Shown here: positions 35,572 through 44,708 of the stretch, piece after piece
Position numbering within the stretch: position 1 is the first letter of the stretch
Layout of the letters: the number at the start of each line of letters is the position of its first letter
Origin: Ferruginibacter sp.
GTDB taxonomy: Bacteria > Bacteroidota > Bacteroidia > Chitinophagales > Chitinophagaceae
Length of the DNA stretch: 64,000 nt
NCBI GenBank assembly: GCA_031398005.1
Contig: JANNMO010000013.1
Span: 29,953-93,952, forward strand
Direction: 5' to 3'
The notes under the pieces: generated by a model
Databases searched by the model: none
The model's input: the letters and a program-made list of their open reading frames with translations, nothing else
Told to the model about the DNA's origin: nothing
Program-made: the position numbers and the translations under genes

Positions 35572-36669
35572 ATGAATACAAAAAAAGTATATTACCCGCA
35601 ATTGGATGCTATTAGGGGAATTTCTGTTTTGTCTGTATTCATTTTTCATGCTTACAAGCCAATTTTGAATCAATCAACCATTCAAAAATTTATAGCTTTT
35701 ATTCTTGCTCATATGGGAATGGGGTTAGATGTATTTTTTATACTTTCTGCATTTTTACTTACTTATTTGGGTATGAATGAATTTGAAAAAACTGGAAAGT
35801 TTTCATTTAAAAATTATTTTATAAGAAGAGTTTTGAGAATATGGCCATTGTATTTCTTACTCATGTTTTTTTCGTTTGTAATTTTAAAATTGGTTCAACA
35901 TTATACCGGTCAGCAAATGACCTTGCCACCCCCTCAATGGTATTTATTTTTTGTGTCTAATTTTTATAATCCTTCACATGTGTTTTTCTTAAGATTACTT
36001 TGGACGTTATCTGTAGAAGAACAATTTTATATTTTATGGGGGATATGTTTATTACTTTTTCAAAAGAATTTAAAAGTTGTAATTATTATTTTATCAATGA
36101 TAAGTACAGCATTCATAGTAATTCAAACTTTAAGAGATGTCGGTATTTATTTACATACCTTAACATACATTATTGATATGATGGCAGGAGCTTTTGCTGC
36201 ATATTCTATTCTAAAAAAAAATAAATTATTTTTATATTTTAAAGAACTTACAGCAGCAAAGCAAATTGTATTTTATATATTTTTTCCGGTAGTGTTTACC
36301 CTTTATTTTTTTTTAACCCTTTTGTATAGTGGATATTTAAATGATTTAGTGGGGGAGTTCGTTAGATTTTCTTTTATATTGTGGATCGCTTTAATTATCA
36401 TCATACAAATGATTAATGAGAAAAAAATATTGAGTCTTTCTAACAATCAATTTTTAATATACACAGGAAAAATTTCTTACGGGCTTTATTGCTTTCATGG
36501 TTTTGTAATTTCTTTTGGAATTATTTTTTTACAAAAAATTGGATTGGAATTGCCACGTTTATTGACTGCAATTATCTTTTTATTGCTAACGTTTTTGGTA
36601 GCATCTCTAAGTTATAAATTTATTGAAAAGCCTTTTCTAAATTTAAAAGACAGGTTACGCAAAGTATAA
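35572..36669 (+). CDS. Acyltransferase family 3 membrane protein (paralogue)
   Basis: QLDAIRGISVLSVFIFHAY, LWTLSVEEQFYILWG; polytopic. Start at ATG 35572. Confidence 0.75.
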   Translation: MNTKKVYYPQLDAIRGISVLSVFIFHAYKPILNQSTIQKFIAFILAHMGMGLDVFFILSAFLLTYLGMNEFEKTGKFSFKNYFIRRVLRIWPLYFLLMFFSFVILKLVQHYTGQQMTLPPPQWYLFFVSNFYNPSHVFFLRLLWTLSVEEQFYILWGICLLLFQKNLKVVIIILSMISTAFIVIQTLRDVGIYLHTLTYIIDMMAGAFAAYSILKKNKLFLYFKELTAAKQIVFYIFFPVVFTLYFFLTLLYSGYLNDLVGEFVRFSFILWIALIIIIQMINEKKILSLSNNQFLIYTGKISYGLYCFHGFVISFGIIFLQKIGLELPRLLTAIIFLLLTFLVASLSYKFIEKPFLNLKDRLRKV

Positions 36670-36703
36670 GTAATATGTTTGTTGCAAAGGAAGAATTGAA
36701 TAC

Positions 36704-37489
36704 TTACAGTTTGTTCATTAAATCTTCCAGATCTATTTTTTTTAATGAATGCATAAATTCATTTCTTACAAAAAATAAATTATAACCTTCGTTATTTGCG
36801 GCTACCAGTTGATAACCCTTTGCCTCTGCAAGTTTTACCATAGATAATGGAGAAGCGCCCTTGGGTTGGTCTTCCTCAAAAAGTTCAAAATTATTTTCAT
36901 AGTTAGGTATAAAATCAATAATACCTTTTTCTATTTGTACTTCTACTACCACTATTTTAGGTCTAATAACTTCAATAGCTTTCCAAATATGATAATCATT
37001 TCCATCCAAATCAATACTCAATAAATCTGCCTCTCCACTTTTAGTAGCATTTTTAAGTATTGTATTAATATTATTGGGTTCAACGATTGTATTTACAAAT
37101 GAAAATAATGAAATGTTTTTTTTGAAGTATTTAGTATAAATATATTTTCCTCTTTCTAGTGTTTTCCTATCTCCCTCAATAAATACTCCTTTCCATTGAT
37201 GATGAAAAGCAAGATTTGCGCAATTACTATTAATACAATCATTGCTACCTATATCAATAAAATTCTTGTTAGTGCAACCTACACTGTTAATTAATTTTAA
37301 TAAAATTCCATCTTCCCCTGAAATAGTAAAAATATTAAATGGTTTGGAATAATTACTAAAACTGTTGATTTGTAATAAATAGTTGGTATTTTTTTTAAAT
37401 GACCTGCCAAATATTTTATTATAAAAGACAATATTCCAAAGATATTTTTTTAGGAATAATTTCAAATTTGCGGGTATAATAGATTTCAT
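36704..37489 (-). CDS. FkbM-family methyltransferase (putative)
   Basis: 261 aa. FIDIGSNDCINSNCANL SAM-binding-like block and DLLSIDLDGNDYHIW block. Confidence 0.5.
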   Translation of the reverse strand: MKSIIPANLKLFLKKYLWNIVFYNKIFGRSFKKNTNYLLQINSFSNYSKPFNIFTISGEDGILLKLINSVGCTNKNFIDIGSNDCINSNCANLAFHHQWKGVFIEGDRKTLERGKYIYTKYFKKNISLFSFVNTIVEPNNINTILKNATKSGEADLLSIDLDGNDYHIWKAIEVIRPKIVVVEVQIEKGIIDFIPNYENNFELFEEDQPKGASPLSMVKLAEAKGYQLVAANNEGYNLFFVRNEFMHSLKKIDLEDLMNKL

Positions 37490-37557
37490 TAACTAGTAAA
37501 TTGATTTTCTTAGAGGCTAAAACTACGGTTTTTCTCTTTTAAAAATAAAGGTTCATA

Positions 37558-37587
37558 AAACACAAAAGCAGCATTTAAAATGCTGCT
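37558..37587 (-). terminator. Rho-independent terminator downstream of the YebC-family gene
   Basis: AGCAGCATT-taa-AATGCTGCT, a 9-bp stem at 37567..37587, followed on the minus strand by TTTTGTG. Confidence 0.7.
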
Positions 37588-37596
37588 GTAAGTTTT

Positions 37597-37646
37597 CGCC
37601 TTTGGCGAATACTGATAGAAAATACAAATAGTATTCGCCAAAGGCG
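37597..37646. repeat. Nested palindrome: 17-bp perfect arms, each arm itself a small hairpin
   Basis: CGCCTTTGGCGAATACT (37597..37613) and AGTATTCGCCAAAGGCG (37630..37646). Each arm contains TCGCC-ttt-GGCGA. Starts 6 nt downstream of the yebC-family stop. Confidence 0.8.
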
Positions 37647-37651
37647 TACAC

Positions 37652-38362
37652 CTACTTTAAATTATGATATACCTTTTGCACATCTTCATCTTGCTCTATA
37701 TGATCTACCATTTTTAAAACATCGTTGGCATCTTCTTCGCTTAGCTCTACTAATGTGGCGGGTATGCGGGTAAGTTCTGCACTTATTAGTTCCAAGCCTT
37801 TATCTTCAATGGCTTTGTTCATAGCACCAAATTCGCTAAACGCCGCACGAATGATGATGTTACCATCAGCATCTTCGCCTATTTCTTCCAATCCATAATC
37901 TATTAATTCCAGTTCCAGCTCATCAATATCTTGTCCGGTATTTTTTACTTTAAATTCTCCCATGCGGGTAAATGTAAAGGCAACACTGCCTGTGGTACCC
38001 AATGCGCCTTTTGCTTTGGTAAAATGCATGCGAACGTTTGCCACGGTTCTGGTAGTATTATCAGTAGCAGTTTCTACCAATACAGCCACACCATGTGGTG
38101 CATAACCTTCGTACACCATTTCGTCGTAGCTGCTTATATCTTTACCCATAGCACGCTTAATAGCCGCTTCTACACGGTCTTTAGGCATGTTGCATGCTTT
38201 CGCATTTAAGTAACATCTTCTAAGTGCAGGGTTATTTTCGGGGTCTGGTCCACTGGCTTTTACCGCTATGGCTATCTCTTTACCAATACGGGTAAAATCT
38301 TTGGCCATTTTATCCCAACGTGCAAACATGGCACCTTTTCTTACTTCAAATATTCTTCCCAT
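37652..38362 (-). CDS. YebC/PmpR family DNA-binding transcriptional regulator
   Basis: [48 protein letters not shown]...; 236 aa, canonical. Confidence 0.9.
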   Translation of the reverse strand: MGRIFEVRKGAMFARWDKMAKDFTRIGKEIAIAVKASGPDPENNPALRRCYLNAKACNMPKDRVEAAIKRAMGKDISSYDEMVYEGYAPHGVAVLVETATDNTTRTVANVRMHFTKAKGALGTTGSVAFTFTRMGEFKVKNTGQDIDELELELIDYGLEEIGEDADGNIIIRAAFSEFGAMNKAIEDKGLELISAELTRIPATLVELSEEDANDVLKMVDHIEQDEDVQKVYHNLK

Positions 38363-38401
38363 ACAATGTGGTAATTTTTGTGACTGCGAAAATACAGCAT
38401 T

Positions 38402-38441
38402 TCTAATTTGATAATTAGCTAATTTGCTAATATGCTAATGT
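38402..38441. repeat. 8-bp microsatellite-like array (CTAATNTG x5)
   Basis: ctaatttg ataattag ctaatttg ctaatatg ctaatgtg. Confidence 0.8.
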
Positions 38442-38724
38442 GCAGCTTACAATTTTTTTAAAGAACTTTATATAATTGTATTTTCCATTTGACTTTAATA
38501 TGTCAGACAGGTTCTAAGCTGCTAATATTTTATATTTACATGTTTCACACACATGTATTGAATGCAAATATGCAAAATGGGATTTTCAAAATTTAAAAGT
38601 TGTTTTAAATATTAAAAAGCCCACTGTAAGTTTTTTCCGTCTTCAAGCATTTATTATGGGTTGCACATTGGCGCCAAGTGAAACTTTACGTTTATTGCTT
38701 TAAAACCAATACTGTTTGCTGCCG

Positions 38725-39765
38725 TTAAATTGTGGAATAGTTTGTACTTGGTCCTATTCCATTTTTTTCAATCAATTTCTTTTGAAAAAGTTCTGATAAT
38801 ATCCGTTTTACTGTAGGATTTGGTATTCCCAGTTTTTTTGATATTTCTCCTGATTTGCAACCCACGTTATTTTCGATAAAAGTCAAAATTGATTTTTCTC
38901 TTTGAGATAATTGATTCGTAGAATTATTGAAATTTAATTTTTCTATTAGTTGCTCCTGAATATTTTTTAATGCATCAAAATAAAAACTATTCCATTCACT
39001 AATATTTTCATTTGGTCTTTGGCTTTGGCAATTTCTTAATACGCTATAATATTCTGGTTTTCTATATTCTATTTCGTGTTCAAAGCTTACATATTGTATC
39101 CAACTGTACCCGTTTTTTAGCAATAATAGTGATGATATGAGCCTACTTAATCTGCCGTTGCCATCTTGAAATGGATGAATGCTTAAAAAATCATAAGTAA
39201 ACAAAGAGCATTTTACAAGTGGGTGAGTAGCATTATCACTCCTATACCAATTCACAAGATTTCGCATTGCATTTTCTGTAGCTAGTCCTGCTTCGGTTGT
39301 TTCAAAAATTATTTGCTTTGTACCATCTCCAAAATTCGCTTCTACAGCATTGCTATGTTTCTTATATTCTCCTTTGTGCCATTCATCTTTTTTGCTAAAC
39401 TTCATTAAAATGTTATGCAAATTTTTTATGCTATTTTCTGTTATTTCGATGTCTAAAAATGATTCTGATATCATTTCTAACGTATTAAAATAGCCTACAA
39501 TTTCCTGCGAATCTCTATCTTCAAGTTTCGCAATATCTATTGCTTGAAGTAGCACATTTACTTCTTCGTCGCTCATTTTTGAACCTTCAATCCTTGTGGA
39601 TGCACCCACACTCCTGACGGTTGCAATTGATTTTAATTGTTTTAGACTTTGTCTTTCTTTTTTTTCTACTGTAGTCCAAGATGCATCAAATCTATCAATT
39701 TGGCTAATTATTGAAATTAATTTCCAATCTAAATCAATTTTTAGGTTGTAAACAACATTTTCCAT
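38725..39765 (-). CDS. Fic family protein with C-terminal winged-helix domain
   Basis: Fic motif HPFQDGNGRLSRL. C-terminal LTFIENNVGCKSGEISKKLGIPNPTVKRILSELFQKKLIEKNG looks like a wHTH. Confidence 0.85.
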   Translation of the reverse strand: MENVVYNLKIDLDWKLISIISQIDRFDASWTTVEKKERQSLKQLKSIATVRSVGASTRIEGSKMSDEEVNVLLQAIDIAKLEDRDSQEIVGYFNTLEMISESFLDIEITENSIKNLHNILMKFSKKDEWHKGEYKKHSNAVEANFGDGTKQIIFETTEAGLATENAMRNLVNWYRSDNATHPLVKCSLFTYDFLSIHPFQDGNGRLSRLISSLLLLKNGYSWIQYVSFEHEIEYRKPEYYSVLRNCQSQRPNENISEWNSFYFDALKNIQEQLIEKLNFNNSTNQLSQREKSILTFIENNVGCKSGEISKKLGIPNPTVKRILSELFQKKLIEKNGIGPSTNYSTI

Positions 39766-39766
39766 C

Positions 39767-39790
39767 TGTCAAATATAGTGATATTTGACA
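39767..39790. promoter_or_regulatory. Perfect 10-bp inverted repeat abutting the Fic start codon (candidate operator)
   Basis: TGTCAAATAT-agtg-ATATTTGACA, beginning 1 nt upstream of ATG 39765..39763. Confidence 0.5.
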
Positions 39791-39961
39791 AAAATGATAC
39801 GGTATGATACGATTTTGTACGATAGTGAGACGATAGCGGGGTTTTCAGCCCGTTTGTGGTAATGCAGGGACGATACCATTAGTTCAAAAAAATTAAAACA
39901 TCATAAATACAAACTTAACTTACGCCCATGCATCTTTTACGGTAAGAATGTTTTAACCCTT

Positions 39962-41434
39962 CTAATTCCCAATCGTTTTAATCATCATTCCAACCGGTAC
40001 TACATCGGTAAGGTTCATACCATTTAAAATAGCCATTTCATTATAACGTGCTGTTGGTACATTATAGGTTTTAAAAACCTGTTCTAAAGTGGTAGATTTT
40101 GCAATTGTTTTAATTCGGATTCTCTCCGGTTTTTTATTAATTTTTGCCTGGTCTGTCAATTGTCTAAACCCTTCCATGGTATTTCTAAAAGTAGGGTAGT
40201 ACTGGTTAAAATCTTGTGCAGAGGTGGCGCCCAATAACAAATAAATGGTTTTGTTGTACTCTATTAAATAAGATAAAATACGAACCGAAGGCTGTTGTTG
40301 CTGTTGCTGCTGCCCTTGTTGAGTTTGTGGAGGCAGTGGTTGCGCTACTATTGCAATTGCATTTAATCCATTTACAGTGGTTTGTTTAGATTCTAATGCC
40401 TGTAAATTATTTTGTTGCAACATGGTGTTCGCTGCTTCCTGCAAATTATTACCTGGTGCAAGCATCATCATTAAAAGGGCCTTACCATCTTTAGGTGCAA
40501 ACTGTACACGCTGTGGCGAATTTTGATAATTCCAATTGGCAGGTGTTGGAAATTGAAATTTTAATTCAGGATGATAAAAAACATCTGCCTCCATAAAACC
40601 CTGTTTAGGATCTTCCCCATAAATAAGCCCTTCAATTCTTTTTAAATAATTGTTTCTATTTACTATTGGATTGGTAAGATTTAATTTTTGCTTCCAATCA
40701 ACCGCTAGTTTATTTACGGTTACAAATCTATCCCCGGGGTTTGGGTGAGATGATAAAAAAGTAGGTAACTCTGCTGATTCATTGCCTTCAGATTTACGCT
40801 CCAGTGTGCGAAAAAAATCTGCCATTTCTTTTGCATCGTACCCAATTTTAGAAGAATATTCCACACCTAGCTCATCTGACTGGCGCTCAGCATCTCTGCC
40901 AAATTTTAAAAATAATAATCCCAGGCCTTGCGAAGCAGTTTCTGCAAAACGACCAAGCTCGGGGTTTATAATAACACTGCCAATAATGCCCAATTGGCCT
41001 AACAATGCATTTCTTTGTTGAGCTACCGTATGCCTTGCAGTAATATGACCGGTTTCGTGGCCTAACACACCGGCAAATTGTGCTTCATTATTAAAATGAG
41101 CCATTATACCACGAGTAAAATACACATATCCACCCGGTACAGCAAAGGCATTCAACACGTCAGAGTCAACAATTTTAAATTCGTATTTAAGATTTGGTCG
41201 GTGAGAAATGGCTGCCATTTGGTTGCCCTTTTCGGTAATAAATTGTTGTAAAGCTTTATCATCATACAAACCATATTGTGCTATAATTTGGGGATCAGCT
41301 TCCTGGCCCATGGCTATTTCCTGCGCTTCAGACATTAATACAACCTGCTTTTTACCTGTTACAGGATTACGTGCACAATTGTTTAAAAATACAAATGAGA
41401 TTATAAAGCAAAATAAGTAAGTAGATTTTTTCAT
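39962..41434 (-). CDS. M48 family metallopeptidase lipoprotein with C-terminal LysM-like domain
   Basis: Lipobox FLNNC, HExxH (GHETGHITARH), Q-run linker (QQGQQQQQQQ). C-terminal IRIKTIAKSTTLEQVFKTYNVPTARYNEMAILNG is LysM-like. Confidence 0.8.
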   Translation of the reverse strand: MKKSTYLFCFIISFVFLNNCARNPVTGKKQVVLMSEAQEIAMGQEADPQIIAQYGLYDDKALQQFITEKGNQMAAISHRPNLKYEFKIVDSDVLNAFAVPGGYVYFTRGIMAHFNNEAQFAGVLGHETGHITARHTVAQQRNALLGQLGIIGSVIINPELGRFAETASQGLGLLFLKFGRDAERQSDELGVEYSSKIGYDAKEMADFFRTLERKSEGNESAELPTFLSSHPNPGDRFVTVNKLAVDWKQKLNLTNPIVNRNNYLKRIEGLIYGEDPKQGFMEADVFYHPELKFQFPTPANWNYQNSPQRVQFAPKDGKALLMMMLAPGNNLQEAANTMLQQNNLQALESKQTTVNGLNAIAIVAQPLPPQTQQGQQQQQQQPSVRILSYLIEYNKTIYLLLGATSAQDFNQYYPTFRNTMEGFRQLTDQAKINKKPERIRIKTIAKSTTLEQVFKTYNVPTARYNEMAILNGMNLTDVVPVGMMIKTIGN

Positions 41435-41880
41435 TATTATGGGTTTAGATTATATTTTACAAAGATGATACCAATGAAATATTTATGAAAATATAAATGC
41501 GTTTCATTTGGTTTTTATGTTTAAACAATATACAAATTAAAACTTTTTAATATTAGTTCATAAAAACAAAGCCTTTTAATTTGTAATGCTTTTTTTAAAT
41601 GACAAAGGAACTAACATATGCTTACAAACAATGGTAATATGCCTACCATTGAGTGTGAAATACTTGAGTAAATAAAAGTTGAAAAAAGATATACTGCTGA
41701 GCATAGCCCCGATTGCAGCAATATCCTTTTTTTGACTGCCTTTGAGGCAAAAAAAGATAGTAGCAAAAAGCGGGAAACCAATGTTGATAAATGCGCCCAT
41801 GCTCATGCTCCTCCTTCGGCGGACAAGTCCTAAAACTTTGAACCATGAACCATTCACATTAATGAACTATCAAAATACAC

Positions 41881-41908
41881 ATGTTCAATAATCAATGTTC
41901 AATAATCA
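41881..41908. repeat. Perfect 14-bp tandem duplication (ATGTTCAATAATCA x2) with a degenerate third unit
   Basis: Read directly. Lies in the 585-bp divergent spacer between the M48 peptidase gene and mnmA. Confidence 0.8.
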
Positions 41909-41973
41909 ATTTTCAAATTTTTCAACTCACAACTTTCTATCAAATAGCAATTACCGATTACTTTAAGAGTTTG

Positions 41974-41997
41974 CAACCTTGAAACCTTCAACCTTGA
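41974..41997. repeat. 8-bp period AACCTTSA array just upstream of mnmA
   Basis: caaccttg aaaccttc aaccttga. Resembles the reverse complement of the words in the array at 12746..12787. Confidence 0.6.
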
Positions 41998-42019
41998 ACT
42001 TTTAACCTAATTTTGCAGC

Positions 42020-43123
42020 ATGAGCAAAGGAAAAGTTTTGATGGCTATGAGTGGCGGTATAGACAGTACTGTGGCTGCTCTTATGCTTCACAAGCAAGGG
42101 TACGAAGTGGTAGGAATAACCATGAAAACATGGGATTATGAAACGAGCGGCGGTGGTAATACCGGTAAAAAAGAAACCGGTTGCTGCAACCTGGATAGTT
42201 TTAATGATGCAAGGCAAGCTGCCGTTCAGCATGGGTTTCCTCATTTTATTTTAGATATCAGAGAAGAGTTTGGCGGTTTTGTAATTGAAAATTTTGTGGA
42301 AGAATATATTGCTGGTCGCACACCAAACCCTTGTGTTATGTGTAATACCCATATTAAGTGGCGTGCATTGCTCAAACGTGCTGATGCACTTAACTGCGAT
42401 TTTATTGCCACAGGGCATTATGCGCAAGTGCACCAACATACAAATGGCAGGTATTTTATTAGTAAAGGTATTGATGATACCAAAGATCAAAGCTATGCGC
42501 TGTGGGGCTTACAGCAAGATTTGCTCAGCCGTACATTACTTCCATTAGGTACTTATCATAAAACCGAAATAAGGCAAATGGCCCACGATTTTGGCTACCC
42601 TGAACTGGCTAAAAAAAGCGAGAGTTATGAAATATGTTTTGTGCCTGATAATGATTACCGTGGGTTTTTAAAACGCAAAGTAGAAGGCTTGGAAGAAAGA
42701 GTAAACGGCGGAAATTTCGTAGATACGGAGGGGAAAATTTTAGGCAAACACAAGGGCTATCCTTTTTATACAGTGGGGCAAAGAAAAGGATTGGATATAG
42801 CGCTTGGCAAACCTGCTTTTGTTACCAAAATAATACCTGAAACAAATACTGTGGTATTGGGCGATGAAGATGTATTGAACCAGACTGAAATGACGGTGAA
42901 AGGCATAAACTGGATGAAATATGATGGAATTACTGATGGAATGGAAGCGGTTACAAAAATTAGGTATAAAGACAAAGGTGCGTTGAGCAATTTATATGCA
43001 ACCGATGGTGGGATTACTGTAAAATTTTACGAAAATGTAAAAGGTGTGGCTCCCGGCCAAAGCGCCGTTTTTTATGAGGGCAATGATTTGATAGGTGGCG
43101 GCGTTATACAAAGAGGATTGTAG
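42020..43123 (+). CDS. mnmA: tRNA 2-thiouridine(34) synthase MnmA
   Basis: PP-loop VLMAMSGGIDSTVAA, TPNPCVMCN, KDQSYALW. 367 aa. Confidence 0.95.
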   Translation: MSKGKVLMAMSGGIDSTVAALMLHKQGYEVVGITMKTWDYETSGGGNTGKKETGCCNLDSFNDARQAAVQHGFPHFILDIREEFGGFVIENFVEEYIAGRTPNPCVMCNTHIKWRALLKRADALNCDFIATGHYAQVHQHTNGRYFISKGIDDTKDQSYALWGLQQDLLSRTLLPLGTYHKTEIRQMAHDFGYPELAKKSESYEICFVPDNDYRGFLKRKVEGLEERVNGGNFVDTEGKILGKHKGYPFYTVGQRKGLDIALGKPAFVTKIIPETNTVVLGDEDVLNQTEMTVKGINWMKYDGITDGMEAVTKIRYKDKGALSNLYATDGGITVKFYENVKGVAPGQSAVFYEGNDLIGGGVIQRGL

Positions 43124-43306
43124 GTTTTTTAAATGCTTTGTTATTAATAAAGTTAGTATTCTATGATATTGGTTTTTTCTTTATTCGTGAATATTCCCCG
43201 TAAAAGCGGGGCAAGCTGTGCATTTGGTGGCAACTTATTTTTGTGGCAGACTAAGCAACTATATTGATAATGAGACCGTCTTATTAAATAACTGTATATT
43301 TATTTT

Positions 43307-44044
43307 ATGAAGAAATTAATTCCATTTGTATTATGCGCATTGCTTTTTGCAGCTTGTAAAAAAGAAACGGAAGAGCTTGGGGTTGTACCAATAAGTGAAT
43401 ATGCTCCGCTTAAAGTGGGTAAGTACATTACTTATAGTTTAGACTCGTTGGTCTACACAAATTTTGGTGCGGTAGAAGCACATCGGTTTTACGAAGTAAA
43501 ATATTTAACGGCAGATTCTATTACAGATATATTGGGCCGTAAAGCATTTAGAATTGTACGGTATATAAGAACATTGCCTAATGGAAACTTTACTGCAGAC
43601 AATACTTTTTTAGCCGTAAACACAGGCAATGGTTTTGAATTTACAGAAAACAATTTGCGTTATTTAAAACTGGTTCAGCCAATAAGAAATGATTTTAGCT
43701 GGAAAGGAAATTCAGCTATTGATGTATCATCTTTGGGTTCAGACCTTCAATATTTATTTGATTGGGATTATACATATGTAGATGTGGCCAAGCCTAAAAC
43801 TGTAGGTACTTTCAATTTGTCAAATACAATAACGGTAAATCAGATTGATGAATCTGTAAACTTACCCGTAATACCACCTGGTAGCCCCAATGCTACAAAC
43901 ATTGCATCTAAAGATTACTCACAGGAAATTTATGCAAAAGGCATAGGAATGGTGAGAAGAGAATTTCTACATTTTGAATACCAATTGGCTTTTCCCGGCT
44001 ACATAGGGTATGGTATTAAATTAATAATGGTGGATCGTAATTAG
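43307..44044 (+). CDS. Hypothetical lipoprotein
   Basis: Signal/lipobox LLFAAC. No recognised domain. Confidence 0.5.
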   Translation: MKKLIPFVLCALLFAACKKETEELGVVPISEYAPLKVGKYITYSLDSLVYTNFGAVEAHRFYEVKYLTADSITDILGRKAFRIVRYIRTLPNGNFTADNTFLAVNTGNGFEFTENNLRYLKLVQPIRNDFSWKGNSAIDVSSLGSDLQYLFDWDYTYVDVAKPKTVGTFNLSNTITVNQIDESVNLPVIPPGSPNATNIASKDYSQEIYAKGIGMVRREFLHFEYQLAFPGYIGYGIKLIMVDRN

Positions 44045-44086
44045 TGAATAGTGAATAGTGAATAGTGAATAGTGAATGGTGAATAG
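44045..44086. repeat. 7-bp tandem array (TGAATAG x6, one variant) starting at the base after a stop codon
   Basis: tgaatag x4, tgaatgg, tgaatag, immediately after TAG 44042..44044. Confidence 0.9.
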
Positions 44087-44135
44087 TTTGTTGTGAGTTA
44101 AACCTCTTATGAACATACAACTAATACATAAAATC

Positions 44136-44627
44136 TTATTTTTTTCTTAGAAAAGAAATAAGGTCGGTGTTAGGAATATTTTTTTCATCTACCTGCCTAA
44201 GCATAGTAACCAACTGACCACGGTGATATGATTGATGATTGAAAAGATGCAAAAGCATTTCATATACCGGTTGCTTAAACTGATCTTTCTTAGAATTTTT
44301 ATAAATAAATTCATGCTCTAAAGCTGCTTCAGTAGCAAGGTCTATCCATTCTTTCCATTGCTTGCTTTGCGCCATTAAATGATTGGTAAGCTCTAACAAT
44401 GAGCCTGTAAAATTATCACTTTGCCATACTTGCACTTCCACTAATTTCATACGCTGCCACCAAATATTTTCAACATCCCAAAGGTGTAAAACTGTTTTTT
44501 TGATACTGGTAAAACTGCTTACTATTTCTCTGTCTATTTGCTCATCAGTAAGATTGTTTATTACTTCAATAAGTCTGCTATTTGCCCAAAGATTGTAAGC
44601 GGCATATTGTACAAGCATTTTTTTCAT
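44136..44627 (-). CDS. DinB family protein
   Basis: 163 aa four-helix pattern with a His triad (HLWDVE..., HLFNHQSYHRGQ). Confidence 0.75.
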   Translation of the reverse strand: MKKMLVQYAAYNLWANSRLIEVINNLTDEQIDREIVSSFTSIKKTVLHLWDVENIWWQRMKLVEVQVWQSDNFTGSLLELTNHLMAQSKQWKEWIDLATEAALEHEFIYKNSKKDQFKQPVYEMLLHLFNHQSYHRGQLVTMLRQVDEKNIPNTDLISFLRKK

Positions 44628-44708
44628 GTAAAGTATATTCGTTGTTTAGGCAAAAGTAAACTTTACCACGCAATGATAAATTAGTTTTAAATTGAACAAA
44701 TTTTTTTA

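Noticed and set aside
38363-38724. Search for tRNA or small RNA genes in the 362-bp spacer upstream of the YebC-family gene
   Set aside because: No cloverleaf-compatible stems and no conserved boxes. Only the CTAATNTG array and A/T-rich sequence are present.
40281-40330. CAG/CAA repeat (poly-Q, QQGQQQQQQQ) in the M48 peptidase gene
   Set aside because: It is a simple low-complexity linker between the protease and C-terminal domains, not an element. It may vary in length, but nothing further can be supported.
41576-41857. 93-aa and 67-aa minus-strand ORFs in the M48/mnmA spacer
   Set aside because: No recognisable motif. They overlap each other and pass through the shared 30-nt repeat flank and a small hairpin. 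I kept the region as a non-coding spacer, with low certainty.
43181-43225. Small hairpin CCCCG-taaaag-CGGGG downstream of mnmA as terminator or GC-rich element copy
   Set aside because: The stem is only 5 bp, there is no T tail, and it has no similarity to the other G+C-rich modules.
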